Part shown: one piece after another, positions 38,410 through 48,208 of the stretch
Layout: the number at the start of each line of letters is the position of its first letter
How positions within the stretch are numbered: the first letter of the stretch is position 1
NCBI GenBank assembly: GCA_041690135.1
Contig: JAWLHY010000004.1
Coordinates: forward strand, 224,001 to 288,000
Direction of reading: 5' to 3'
Source of the DNA: Armatimonadota bacterium
GTDB lineage: Bacteria; Armatimonadota; SYMT01
DNA length: 64,000 bases
The notes under the pieces: generated by a model
Seen by the model: the letters and a program-made list of their open reading frames with translations, nothing else
Databases searched by the model: none
What the model was told of the DNA's origin: nothing
Position numbers and translations under genes: made by a program

Positions 38410-40824
38410 CTACCGAACCCGGAACTCCGCCAGGCCCTGGGAATTGAAGGGAACGGCCAGCGTCACCAGGCGGGACTGCTTGTCGAAGGCCGCCACTTCG
38501 GCGCCGGTAACGCGGCCCGGCTTTCCGCCGCTCGGCAGGTAGACGTAGACCATCGCCCGCGAGTCCGGTACGCCCGCCATGGTGCAGTGGAGCCCGTCGT
38601 CCATCCGGCTCTTCACGATGCGCCAGGCGGTGGGGTCGTGCCAGATCACCTCCGTGTCGTCCGGCTGGCGCATCACCCGGATGATCTGCGGGCCCTGGTC
38701 GATCCGGATCCGGGGGACTATGAGGTTGCCGTCTTTCTCCTCCACGCGCTGGATCGTGCGGGTCAGCGTGTTGAAGAGGATGACCTTGTCTTCCATCCAG
38801 TTGTAGAACTGGGCGTTGATGGTCACCGGCTGCGGCTCGATATACGGAGCATTCTTGACCGCCACCAGGAGCAGATCGTTCTTCCGCTCGTAAACCACCG
38901 GGGTAATCTGCTGGAGATCGGCCGTGAAGCGGGTCTTCCACTCCGGATCGTTCGGGTGGATCAGCGTGGAGTGCTCGATGTCGTAGATGGAGAGCGGCGC
39001 GAAGTAGTCGCGAACCCACTTCTGCTGCTCGGCGGTCGCGCCCTTACCGAATGCCACCAGGCCGCAGCGCGCCAGCGCCAGCTCAATGGTGTGGAGATCG
39101 GTAACCGGGCCGGTGCGCGGGCCGTCGAAGTTCCAGATCACCGGCGTGCCGCGCAGGAAGGGACTGAAGACGGTCGCCAGGTCCGCCTTCGAGGGCAGGC
39201 CCGTCACGCCCGGCGAGCTGAAATCGGCCATCGCCGTGCTGTTGTTGAAGCCGCGCTCCATCCCCACGGAGAGGCGCGCCCGCCCGCCGTGGTCCGCCAG
39301 CAGCTCCTTCACGCGCTCCACGAACAGGTGCTGTCCCAGCGTGCTGGCCGTCCCCTGCGCTGAACAACCGTGCCGCGGGTTGGAGCAGATACCGGGAGCG
39401 AAGTCTTCCAGGTGGACCATTCCCGTCGGAATCAGGCCGGCGTAGCCGCGGATGCAGTCGTAGAGGAAGTCGCGCGCCCGCTGCGAGTTGAGCGAGAGCT
39501 CCACCGGCCCACCTGCCGTGTGGGGCCAGTCCGCACGGCGGATCCCGTCCGGGGCGTAGGCCGGGTTCCCCTTGCTTCGCCATGGGTCCTGAAGCAGGTC
39601 CTCGCGCACCTGCTCCGGCGTGTACCAGATCGACCGGCTGTTCAGGCGGTGCCACATCGGCTCGATCGGCTGGGTGAAGACCGGCAGGAAGCTGCGCGGC
39701 CCCACGGATCGGATCAGCTCCATCCCGTGCCGGTTCGCCAGCGCCGCCCAGTGGGCGTTCTGTTCGAAGGTGGAGCCACCGGCCAGCGCCTCCCACCCGG
39801 CGGCGGCGGTCACTCCCTGCGCGGCGGGCACCCGGGGGTCGGGCTTGCTTCCAGCCGGAGTCACCGCCTCGAAGCTGGGCGCGGGCAGGGCATAACGCGG
39901 TTGGAACCGACGCCACGGCAGGAACGAGAAGCCGTATTCAAAGGCCACGCGCTCCTTGAGCTCCACTTCCTCGCCGGGGACGGCGCGGATCCACACCATG
40001 TCCAGGGTCCGGCTGTTCTCCCGCCCTTCGGCCACGGTGAGGTAGTGCCGCGAGTCGGGCGCCTGGACCGCCGGGGCGATGGAGCTGTTCTTGAAGTCCA
40101 GACCATTCAGCTCGAAACCGACCACGCCGTCGGTGCAGAGGGCGAACGGCAGCGGGCCGGCCGTGATCACGCTGCCCGTCGCGCGGGGCGACGCGATCGT
40201 CCGCGCGCCCCCCTGCGGGGAGGCCACCTGGAGGATCGGCAGCAACCCGGCGCTCTGCGGGCCCAGGTTGTGATCCATCGAAAACTCACGAATCCGGGCG
40301 CCCGTCGTCGGCTCCAGCGCCACCCGGAGCTGGGTGAAGCCGGTCGCCTTGTGGATGTCGTAGGTCAGGTGCATCCGCACCGGCGCCACGCCGGAGGGGC
40401 CGCGCGGGGTGCACACCCCATCCACGTGCAGATACTTGTCGTCGCGGGTGGTGTGGATGCGCAGCCTCCCGTCGATCGCGTCGGCCTGGCGGTAGACCTT
40501 GCCGTTGCCGTCGATCACCATCGCATCCGGGACGGAGCGGATCGGCAGGGTGCGTCCCAGCAGAGTGGCGGCGGTGATCGAAGCGGTTTTCGCGGAGAAG
40601 AGCAGCTTCGCCCGGTCGCTCTCCACGACCCAGTCTTCCTGCTGCCGGGACACCCGCGGCAATTCCTCGCCCTTCTTCGCCTTCTTTTTCTCTTCCGGGT
40701 AGCGCAGCGCCAGCACGGGATCCGGAGCCGGACCTGTCTTCGCTTTGCGCGCGGGCTTCGCGGCCTGGGCCGAACACGCCACTCCCATCGCCACCAGCAC
40801 CCCGCCCAATCGCTGCCACTTCAT
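38410..40824 (-). CDS. Large secreted hypothetical protein (possibly carbohydrate-active)
   Basis: Signal peptide MKWQRLGGVLVAMGVACSAQA; long ORF with normal codon bias; no family motif recognised. Confidence 0.65.
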   Translation of the reverse strand: MKWQRLGGVLVAMGVACSAQAAKPARKAKTGPAPDPVLALRYPEEKKKAKKGEELPRVSRQQEDWVVESDRAKLLFSAKTASITAATLLGRTLPIRSVPDAMVIDGNGKVYRQADAIDGRLRIHTTRDDKYLHVDGVCTPRGPSGVAPVRMHLTYDIHKATGFTQLRVALEPTTGARIREFSMDHNLGPQSAGLLPILQVASPQGGARTIASPRATGSVITAGPLPFALCTDGVVGFELNGLDFKNSSIAPAVQAPDSRHYLTVAEGRENSRTLDMVWIRAVPGEEVELKERVAFEYGFSFLPWRRFQPRYALPAPSFEAVTPAGSKPDPRVPAAQGVTAAAGWEALAGGSTFEQNAHWAALANRHGMELIRSVGPRSFLPVFTQPIEPMWHRLNSRSIWYTPEQVREDLLQDPWRSKGNPAYAPDGIRRADWPHTAGGPVELSLNSQRARDFLYDCIRGYAGLIPTGMVHLEDFAPGICSNPRHGCSAQGTASTLGQHLFVERVKELLADHGGRARLSVGMERGFNNSTAMADFSSPGVTGLPSKADLATVFSPFLRGTPVIWNFDGPRTGPVTDLHTIELALARCGLVAFGKGATAEQQKWVRDYFAPLSIYDIEHSTLIHPNDPEWKTRFTADLQQITPVVYERKNDLLLVAVKNAPYIEPQPVTINAQFYNWMEDKVILFNTLTRTIQRVEEKDGNLIVPRIRIDQGPQIIRVMRQPDDTEVIWHDPTAWRIVKSRMDDGLHCTMAGVPDSRAMVYVYLPSGGKPGRVTGAEVAAFDKQSRLVTLAVPFNSQGLAEFRVR

Positions 40825-40962
40825 CACGCGTCTACCCCTTACTGCTCCTCGCACGGGAACCGCCTGCCCGGTTCCTGGGGCCAGTTTCGCCCGAGCGCGT
40901 GGCGAACCCTCTTCTTCAGGTGCCTCCGCCCGCGGTTCCATGCATTCAAATGCCGTTAATCC

Positions 40963-41053
40963 CGAGGCGTTAGAACCGCCTCGCTGACCCTGCGTCCTCA
41001 CGGACGCCCGGTATCCCGTACCCGTAAGGCGCATCCCAGCGTCCAGAGGACGC
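40963..41053 (+). repeat. BIME-like composite palindromic unit, copy 1
   Basis: CGAGGCG-TTAGAAC-CGCCTCG hairpin, then GCGTCCTCACGGACGC..CGTACCCGTA..CGTCC(A/G)GAGGACGC. Confidence 0.8.
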
Positions 41054-41170
41054 ACCCAGCGCCCCCTCTGGGCCGGAAAGCGTAGGACAGCCAGGTGCGG
41101 GGGCGATAAGATCGAGGGTGCGTCAAAGGCCGGGGCGCTGGAGTTCAGCGCCCGTACATGAGGAGCCCCT

Positions 41171-41503
41171 ATGTTTATCGCGAATCGCTCCAGCCTGACC
41201 GTTCGTCCCGAGCAGCCCTATATCGACTGGGCGAACAGCTTCCCCGACGGTCTCGGATGGATCGAGGGAGAGAGTACGGCCTATCTCACCCCCGAGTTCC
41301 TCGATGAAGCCGCGGAGCAAGCGTGGCTGCGGGAGAATTACTCGTTGATCTTCGAGCACGAGCTCTCCGCATGGGACGCCGACGAGTCTACCTGGCCGAA
41401 GGAGCGGGATTGGGAGACCTTCCGCGCCTGGTTCCGGCTGGAACATCAGCCGCTGGTCTACGACCTGGGGGACACGCCTCTCGAGACGGAAGAGGATCTG
41501 TAA
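41171..41503 (+). CDS. Small acidic hypothetical protein
   Basis: RBS GAGGAG; NRSSLTVRPEQPYIDW...IFEHELSAW..DESTWP..RDWETFRAWF. Confidence 0.8.
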   Translation: MFIANRSSLTVRPEQPYIDWANSFPDGLGWIEGESTAYLTPEFLDEAAEQAWLRENYSLIFEHELSAWDADESTWPKERDWETFRAWFRLEHQPLVYDLGDTPLETEEDL

Positions 41504-41519
41504 GAGGGTGCGTCTTCAC

Positions 41520-41744
41520 CGAGGCGTTGGAAACGCCTCGCTGCCCCCGCGTCCTCACGGACGCCCCGCAAACCGTACCCGTACGGATCATCCACCCGTC
41601 CGGAGGACGCCCCCCAGCGAGGGATTGGAAATCCCTCGCTGGGCTCGCCGATCTGGCGTCCTCACGGACGCCAGGGTAAACCGTACCCGTACGGATGATC
41701 CTAGCGTCCGGAGGACGCTCCGCACGAGGGATCTCGGATCCCTC
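41520..41744 (+). repeat. BIME-like composite units, copies 2-3 plus a terminal hairpin
   Basis: 41520-41610 and 41616-41718 repeat the 40963 unit (e.g. AGCGAGGGATTGGAAATCCCTCGCT hairpin); a fourth hairpin GAGGGATCTCGGATCCCTC follows. Confidence 0.85.
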
Positions 41745-41800
41745 TGGACAAGTACTAGACTACGGTCATACACACCGCATTTGCCCGCGGCTCCCCAGCG

Positions 41801-42307
41801 ATGAGAACCCACCGACATTCAGAAGCGAATGAGGCGGCAGCGGCTGGCCACGCAGCGCCAGGCGGGATCACCCCGCGACGGGATATCTTCGGTCGCACGC
41901 TGGAGGACGCCCAGGCCGAGGACCTCGCCTGGCGGGCCGCACGCTCGGCCACCATTCAGCGCATCCTCGACAAAGCCACTCGCTACCTGACATTAGGCCC
42001 CTACCTGATGTGTTTTGGGCCGCTGGTGGGCCTCTTGCTGGTTTCCATCGTCTCCATCAACCTCCTACTACACCACTACTTCGGATGGCCCAAACCACCG
42101 ATTGATCCGAGGGTGATGCTGACCTGCCTGAAGCTGCTCCTCTGGGGTGGCATGCTGGCGGTTCCTGCAGGAATGATCATCGCACGACGGCTGCGCGACC
42201 GGTGTGCGGCGGATGCCAGGATCGAGAGTCTAGAAGTCGAGATTCCCCCACTACCCGGCGCGAGTTCCAGTCCCGAAGTGGGCAGTGAGGTCCCTCGAGG
42301 CAACTGA
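41801..42307 (+). CDS. Membrane protein, tandem paralog 1
   Basis: RRDIFGRTLEDAQAEDLAWRAARSA, two TM segments, PPLPG.SS.PE tail. Confidence 0.7.
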   Translation: MRTHRHSEANEAAAAGHAAPGGITPRRDIFGRTLEDAQAEDLAWRAARSATIQRILDKATRYLTLGPYLMCFGPLVGLLLVSIVSINLLLHHYFGWPKPPIDPRVMLTCLKLLLWGGMLAVPAGMIIARRLRDRCAADARIESLEVEIPPLPGASSSPEVGSEVPRGN

Positions 42308-42338
42308 TGCATCGGCTCCTAACCACCGGCACATTTGG

Positions 42339-42842
42339 ATGAATACGCAGGACCTGGAACCAAAGGGCACCTCGGCACCCCTGCATACGGCAGTGGTGGA
42401 GATGCCGGCACGACGGGATGCTTACGGTCGAACGCTGGAGGACGCCCTCACCGAGGATACGGCCTGGCGGGCCGTGCGCTCCGCCGCCGCACAGCGCCGA
42501 ATCGACCGGGCTACTCTGGTCCTTACATTTGCTCCGTGCGTGGTAGTTCTCGGACCCCTGACACAGCTACTGCTGCTGCTGGCGGATGTCGCGGCGTTCT
42601 GCATGCACCGCACCTGGGGATTCCCGTCCCCACCGTTTCCCCTCGAAGCCATTGAACCGATTGAAGATCTGTTGCAGATCGCGGGAGTGGTCGGCTGCGT
42701 TCTTTTAGTTCTTGCAACACGCCTGCTACGCGAGCGGTGGGTGGCGGAAGCTAAACGCGAGGGTCTGGACGTCAAGGCTCCACCTTTACCCGGAACGAGT
42801 TCCGACCCGGAAACGGCCAACGAGGTCAATCAGGACACCTGA
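42339..42842 (+). CDS. Membrane protein, tandem paralog 2
   Basis: RRDAYGRTLEDALTEDTAWRAVRSA, two TM segments, PPLPGTSSDPE tail. Confidence 0.7.
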   Translation: MNTQDLEPKGTSAPLHTAVVEMPARRDAYGRTLEDALTEDTAWRAVRSAAAQRRIDRATLVLTFAPCVVVLGPLTQLLLLLADVAAFCMHRTWGFPSPPFPLEAIEPIEDLLQIAGVVGCVLLVLATRLLRERWVAEAKREGLDVKAPPLPGTSSDPETANEVNQDT

Positions 42843-43310
42843 CGCGGGTAACCTTCCTGCAGTGATCGAAAGATGCTTGCGGCAAATCCATCGCGTTAGG
42901 TTAACGGCTCCACCAGAAAGTGCCGAACCGTAGGGGAATGGTCGCTGTCCCTTCCCAGGATTCCGCCCCACCTCCCGTCCGGCAGAGCGGTTAGTGACAT
43001 TGACCGGTCGCTCGCCCGACACGTCTCGCCCACACCTGCCCCATAGCCGTGCCGGTGGCATGATGAGCGAGAGATGGTTGGCCACAAACTACGGTGGGCA
43101 TGACGGGGTTCTCAGGTGCGCTACAGGCGAGGGTTCAGGGTCCTGGTAGGCGACAGCGGGCCTACCCTACCCACGCACCCTCCGAATCTCGCCTTCAGCC
43201 CGTTGCTGACGCACCAGAGACTCCGCCGAATGCGGCGCCTTTCGGGCCGTGATGAAGGCGGGAAGGGACGGCAACATCCTTCCCCAATATGCCCGAATAC
43301 ATGACTCGTG

Positions 43311-43367
43311 AGGAGCGGTCCGCATCGTGTGACGAACCGCTCCTTATCCTTATCCTTATCCTTATCC
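43311..43367. terminator. Hairpin plus (CCTTAT)n microsatellite at the 3' end of the D-aminoacylase gene
   Basis: AGGAGCGGT (43311-43319) pairs with ACCGCTCCT (43336-43344); about four CCTTAT units overlap and follow it. Confidence 0.45.
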
Positions 43368-43378
43368 TCTTCCGATCC

Positions 43379-44938
43379 TTATCTCGGAGCTAGCACCTCT
43401 CCGTGCAAGGCTCCCGTGTGCCGGCCCTGGTCGACCACCACCTTGCCGTTGACCAGCACGTACGGAATGCCCTCTGGGTAGCGGCAGGGATCCTCGAACG
43501 TGGCCGCGTCGCGGACGGTGGCGGGGTCGAACACCGTCAGGTCGGCGGCGAGGCCGGGGGCGATGCGGCCGCGGTCCTTGAATCCCATGCGCTGGGCGGG
43601 GAAGCCGGTCATCTTCCACACGGCTTGCTCCAGCGAGAGGACGCCCTGCTCGCGGACATAGCGCGCCAACAGCCGGGGGAAGGCGCCGAAAAGGCGGGGG
43701 TGGGTTTTGCCGGGGAGGTGGAGACCGTCGCTCCCCAGCATCTGCGCGGGGCTCTGCAGGATCTGGCGCAGGTCGGTCTCGTCCCCCAGGTGGGCGATGA
43801 AGCAGGCCTGGAGCTCGTCTTCGACCAGGATCCGGCAAACCACCTCGCCGATGCTGATCCCCTCCGCTTCCGCTATCCGGGCGAAGGATTCGCCTTCGTA
43901 CCCCTTCCACTTCGGATTGCGTGCGCCGCACAGCACGTGGCGGGTCCAGTCGCGGTCGGCGTCGTTCATCGCCTGGACGATCCGCTCCCGGGTCTCGGCG
44001 TCGTGCAGCCGCTCCAGCAGCGTAACGGGGCCGCCCACCGTGGCCCAGGTCGGAAGCATCGCTTGGACCAGCGTGCTGCCGGCGGTGTACGGATAGCTGT
44101 CAAAGGTCACGTCCACGCCGCGGGTGCGAGCCGCCTCGATATACGCCAGCACCTCGCCGGCGCGGCCCCAGTTGCGCGCCCCGCCGATCTGCAGGTGCGA
44201 GACCTGGAGGGGAGCCCCGGACTTCTCACTCATCTCGTACGATTCGTCCAGCGCCTTCAGGATCTCGTCGCCGTAGTCCCGCATGTGGATGGCGAAGAAC
44301 CCGCCATGCTCCGCCACGGCCCGGCAGATCTCGATGTTCTCCGCCGCGTCCGCGTAGCTCATCGGGGAGTACCAGAGACCCGTGGAGAGACCCCAGGCGC
44401 CCTCTTCCATCCCCTGCCGCACCAGGTCGGCCATGCGGCCCCGCTCCTCGGCGTCGGCGGCGCGGTCCGCCATGCCCATCACGGAGACGCGGACCGACCC
44501 ATGCGGGATCAGGTAGGCCGCGTTCGTGGCGATCCGACCCCGGTAGTGGTCCAGGAACTCGCGCACGGTGCGCCACTCCCAGTCCACCCCCGCGTCGTCC
44601 CCGAAGAGGCCCAGCAGGTACTCCTTCTGAATGGCCAGCCCCTGGTCCGTCACCGGCGCGAAGCCGAGCCCGCAGTTGGAGAACACCTCGGTGGTGACCC
44701 CCTGCATCACCTTCGGCTCGTGCGTCGGCCGGGCCAGGAGCGCAATGTCCGCGTGCGTGTGAATATCAATAAATCCGGGGGCCACCACCTGCCCCGCGGC
44801 GTCGATCTCGCGGTCCGCCTGCGCCTGGCTCAGATCGCCGACTTCCGTGATTTTTCCGTTCGTCACGCCCACGTCCGCGCGGAAGCCGGGCGCTCCCGTA
44901 CCGTCCACCACCGTTCCGTTGCGAATAATCAGGTCCAA
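43379..44938 (-). CDS. N-acyl-D-amino-acid deacylase (amidohydrolase)
   Basis: DLIIRNGTVVDGTG, APGFIDIHTH, GVTTEVFSNCG, HMR, SH, YPYTAGST, GSDG and HPR.FG.FPR. Confidence 0.95.
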   Translation of the reverse strand: MDLIIRNGTVVDGTGAPGFRADVGVTNGKITEVGDLSQAQADREIDAAGQVVAPGFIDIHTHADIALLARPTHEPKVMQGVTTEVFSNCGLGFAPVTDQGLAIQKEYLLGLFGDDAGVDWEWRTVREFLDHYRGRIATNAAYLIPHGSVRVSVMGMADRAADAEERGRMADLVRQGMEEGAWGLSTGLWYSPMSYADAAENIEICRAVAEHGGFFAIHMRDYGDEILKALDESYEMSEKSGAPLQVSHLQIGGARNWGRAGEVLAYIEAARTRGVDVTFDSYPYTAGSTLVQAMLPTWATVGGPVTLLERLHDAETRERIVQAMNDADRDWTRHVLCGARNPKWKGYEGESFARIAEAEGISIGEVVCRILVEDELQACFIAHLGDETDLRQILQSPAQMLGSDGLHLPGKTHPRLFGAFPRLLARYVREQGVLSLEQAVWKMTGFPAQRMGFKDRGRIAPGLAADLTVFDPATVRDAATFEDPCRYPEGIPYVLVNGKVVVDQGRHTGALHGEVLAPR

Positions 44939-45195
44939 CGTTCAGCTCCATCCCTGGATAATGACTTTTCGAGGCCCGCTCCGTCCTCGCTATCGTGTTC
45001 GGCGACCATCCGAACTTCCACCTCTGCTCTATAGCCCGGAATTGCCGCAATCCGGATCGGATCTCCCGCCCGGGTTTACGCAGCGCGGTTCCTGCAAGAT
45101 CATCCTCGTCACTCGCTCGGATCGGCCCGGTCAAGGAAATTGGGCGGACCTCGCTCAACTGTCCCTCATAGCAAGCAACTGGAGTAACCTGGAAT

Positions 45196-46938
45196 ATGCT
45201 GCGCACGTCGCGTCTCGGAACACTGCTGGTGGGGAGCCGCACCATCACGGAAGACCAGCTCAATCGCGCCCTCGACTTCCAGAAACAGCAGGACTGCCGC
45301 CTGGGCGAGGCGCTGATAGAACTGGGCTACTGCAGCGAGGTCGAGATCACGCGCGCTCTGGCCGAGCAGATGGATCTGGCCTTCATCGACCTGAGCCTGA
45401 CCCCGCCCGAACCCCACGTGCTGCGGATGGTGCCGCGCGACCTGGCCGTCCGCCTGGGCATCGTTCCGGTACGGATCGAGCTGGGGCGCATGTTGGTGGC
45501 GGCGAAGAACCCGCTCGACATCAGCATCGATGAAGCGCTCCGCGGCGCCGTCCGCATGCCCGTCGCCGTCTGCGCCGCTGCTCCGGGCCAGGTGAGTGAC
45601 ACACTCCAGAATTACGAGCGCCTGAAGTGGAGCCTGGACACGGCGGGCGCAGTGCGGCCCCCTTCCCCACCGGCGGCCGGCGTACCCCTGACCGCCCCTC
45701 CCTTCGGCGGTGGGGCTTCGGTCCGGGCGGAGCAACAGATCCTGCAGCGTCTCCAGGCGCTGATCGGAGACGCGCTACGAAAAGGCGCCCGCGACATCTA
45801 CTTCCAGCCCCTGCCGAATGGTTTGGAGGTCCGCGGCTGGGTGGACGGCGTGATGCAGCCTCTGGAACAGATGACGGGGACCGATGGCGGTCAGATGCTC
45901 AACTCGCTGCGGGCACTCTGCGGCTTCGCGGCCGGCAGGGAGCGGGCTGCCAGCACCTGCGAGATCCGGGTGGACGGCAACCTGCAGCAGTTCGCCTGCC
46001 GGAGCATGCCGGTCATCGACGGGCTCGTGATCATCCTCCGCGCCCGTTCCGGAGAAGGCGCTCCGCTGCGGCTGGATCAACTCGGCCTGGAACCGGAAAT
46101 GCTGCGCGCCGTCCGCGCAGGGCTCGCCACGCGGACCGGACTGGTGCTGGTGGCCGGGCCGATGGAATCCGGACGCTCCACCACCCTCTACGCGATGCTG
46201 CAGGAAGTGAGCCAGCCTTCCCTGCGCATCGTCACCGTGGAAGGTTCCGCCGAGGCGCGAGTGCCGGGCGCGCTGCAGTTCCAGTTCGACAGCCACCGGG
46301 CGGAAGCGAACCGCCTCAAGGTGGAAGCACTGTCTGAGCGCCCAGATGTCCTGCTCCTTGATGAGCTGGAAGACCGCCCCATGGCCGAAGCGGCATGCCG
46401 CCTGGCGATGGAGAGCACATTGGTGCTGGGGGGAGTCTATGCGCCCCACGCCCTACGCGCCCTGGCCCGCTTCGCCGACCTGGGCCTCCCCGCGTACACC
46501 ACGGCTTCCGCGCTCACCGGAATCCTCGCCCAGCGGCTGGTTCGACGCCTCTGCCCCGATTGCTCCGGCCCCACGCTCCTCCCGCCGGACCTGGAACGCG
46601 TACTCGCGTCACTCTACGGCAATCTCTCCACCGTCGCCTTCCGCCGCGGGAAAGGGTGCGCGCGCTGTCACGGGATGGGCACGCGCGGGCGCATCGGCGT
46701 GCTCGAGTGGATCGAGGTGGACGAGGATCTCCGCCGCCTCCTCTCGGACCGTGCCATGCCGAGCGCCATCCAGGAACACCTGGACCGCCGGGGCCACCGC
46801 TCCCTGGAGCACGACGCCTTCCGCAAAGCCGCCGCCGGCCTGATCTCCCCCGAAGAGATCCTCGGCCTCCGCCTGGAGACTGCCCGCAAACTCGCCGAGA
46901 CCATCGGCCAGCCCCTGGCCGTCGACCGCTGGGAGTAG
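45196..46938 (+). CDS. GspE/PilB-like protein with MshEN domain and degenerate ATPase motifs
   Basis: RLGTLLV...QLNRALDFQ...RLGEALIELG; AQRLVRRLCPDC...GCARC.GMGTRGR; Walker A reads GPMESGRST. Confidence 0.85.
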   Translation: MLRTSRLGTLLVGSRTITEDQLNRALDFQKQQDCRLGEALIELGYCSEVEITRALAEQMDLAFIDLSLTPPEPHVLRMVPRDLAVRLGIVPVRIELGRMLVAAKNPLDISIDEALRGAVRMPVAVCAAAPGQVSDTLQNYERLKWSLDTAGAVRPPSPPAAGVPLTAPPFGGGASVRAEQQILQRLQALIGDALRKGARDIYFQPLPNGLEVRGWVDGVMQPLEQMTGTDGGQMLNSLRALCGFAAGRERAASTCEIRVDGNLQQFACRSMPVIDGLVIILRARSGEGAPLRLDQLGLEPEMLRAVRAGLATRTGLVLVAGPMESGRSTTLYAMLQEVSQPSLRIVTVEGSAEARVPGALQFQFDSHRAEANRLKVEALSERPDVLLLDELEDRPMAEAACRLAMESTLVLGGVYAPHALRALARFADLGLPAYTTASALTGILAQRLVRRLCPDCSGPTLLPPDLERVLASLYGNLSTVAFRRGKGCARCHGMGTRGRIGVLEWIEVDEDLRRLLSDRAMPSAIQEHLDRRGHRSLEHDAFRKAAAGLISPEEILGLRLETARKLAETIGQPLAVDRWE

Positions 46939-47023
46939 GTTCAGGTACTGACATCCCCGCCCGGCGTTCGTAAGCTTAGGAGAACGACCCTACTCCCTCG
47001 TCTCTCCGTGCCTCTGTGACTCC

Positions 47024-48208
47024 GTGGTAAAAAGATTCGTTGGCGAAGAGAACCCGATCGTCTACCTGGACTGCGCCGCCACCACACCCGTGGACCCGCG
47101 GGTGAGCGCGGTCGTGCTGCAGTACCTGGAAGAGGAGTACGGCAACGCGGGAAGCCGGGCCCATGATTACGGGATCCGGGCGCGGCGGGCAGTGGAACAG
47201 GCACGGGCGCAGGTGGCCGCCGTGGCCGGGGCGGCCCGCGGCGAGGTGATCTTTACCAGCGGCGCCACCGAGAGCAACAACCTCGCGCTCCTGGGGCTGG
47301 CGGAGTTCGGTCGAGTCAACGGTTGCCGGCACCTCGTCAGCACCCGCATCGAGCACAGCGCGGTCCTGGAGCCGCTCCAGGCCCTGGCGCGCCAGGGGTT
47401 TGAGGTCACGCTGGTCTCCCCCACTCCCGGCGGTTGGGTGGACCCGGAAGCGGTGCGGCGAGTCGTCCGGGACGATACCCTGCTGGTTTCGATGATGCAG
47501 GTGAACAACGAAACCGGGGTGATCCAACCCGTGGAGGCCGTGGCCGACTTGCTGCAAGACCATCCCGCTTACCTGCACGTCGATGCCGCCCAGGGGTTCG
47601 GCCGGGAGATCGAACCCCTGCGCCACCCGCGCATCGACCTGGTGAGCCTCAGCGGCCACAAGCTGTACGCCCCGAAGGGAGTGGGGGTCCTGATTGCCCG
47701 GCGGCGCGACGGGCAGCGGCCACCCCTGGCCCCGCTGATGCACGGCGGCGGACAGGAGTACGGTCTCCGTCCCGGCACCCTTCCGGTGCCCCTGATCGTG
47801 GGCCTGGGGCTTGCGGCGGAACTTGCGGCCGCCGAGAGGGAGGAACGCGCGGCCCGCTGCCGGAAGTTCAAGGAGCGGCTGCTTGCAGCTTTACAGCCGC
47901 TGGACCCCAGGATACATGGCGATCAGGAGCGCGCGGTCCCGCACATGGTGAACCTTAGCTTCCCCGACATCCTTGCGGAGGAGGCGATGGAGGCGCTGTC
48001 CGGGCTCATCGCGATCTCGGACGGCGCCGCCTGCACGTCGCACACCCACACCTGCAGCCACGTGCTCAGCGCGATGGGACTGCGGGGCGAAGCGGTCGAA
48101 GGCGCTCTGCGGTTCTCCTGGTGCCACACAACCCCCGAACCGGACTGGGACGCCTGCGTCCATATCCTCGAGAGGCTGCGGGAGCCGGCCCCGGCACTGA
48201 CGATTTGA
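47024..48208 (+). CDS. Cysteine desulfurase (IscS/DndA-like, PLP-dependent)
   Basis: YLDCAATTP, GNAGSRAH, FTSGATESNN, HVDAAQ, SGHKLYAPKG and SDGAACTS. Start uncertain. Confidence 0.93.
   Translation: MVKRFVGEENPIVYLDCAATTPVDPRVSAVVLQYLEEEYGNAGSRAHDYGIRARRAVEQARAQVAAVAGAARGEVIFTSGATESNNLALLGLAEFGRVNGCRHLVSTRIEHSAVLEPLQALARQGFEVTLVSPTPGGWVDPEAVRRVVRDDTLLVSMMQVNNETGVIQPVEAVADLLQDHPAYLHVDAAQGFGREIEPLRHPRIDLVSLSGHKLYAPKGVGVLIARRRDGQRPPLAPLMHGGGQEYGLRPGTLPVPLIVGLGLAAELAAAEREERAARCRKFKERLLAALQPLDPRIHGDQERAVPHMVNLSFPDILAEEAMEALSGLIAISDGAACTSHTHTCSHVLSAMGLRGEAVEGALRFSWCHTTPEPDWDACVHILERLREPAPALTI

Noticed and set aside
40963-41744. Possible CRISPR array
   Set aside because: The units are ~95-bp composite palindromes without unique spacers of regular length, and there are no cas genes in the window.
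42843-43310. Riboswitch or ncRNA in the long intergenic gap
   Set aside because: I could not match any consensus by eye; an Rfam/Infernal scan would be needed.
11196-46938. A complete type II secretion or type IV pilus system built from the secretin, prepilin and GspE-like genes
   Set aside because: The genes are scattered, there are no platform or peptidase genes, and the ATPase is degenerate.
47024-48208. DNA phosphorothioation (dnd) system, suggested by the DndA-like desulfurase
   Set aside because: No dndBCDE or ssp genes are present; the context is an Fe-S/isoprenoid operon.
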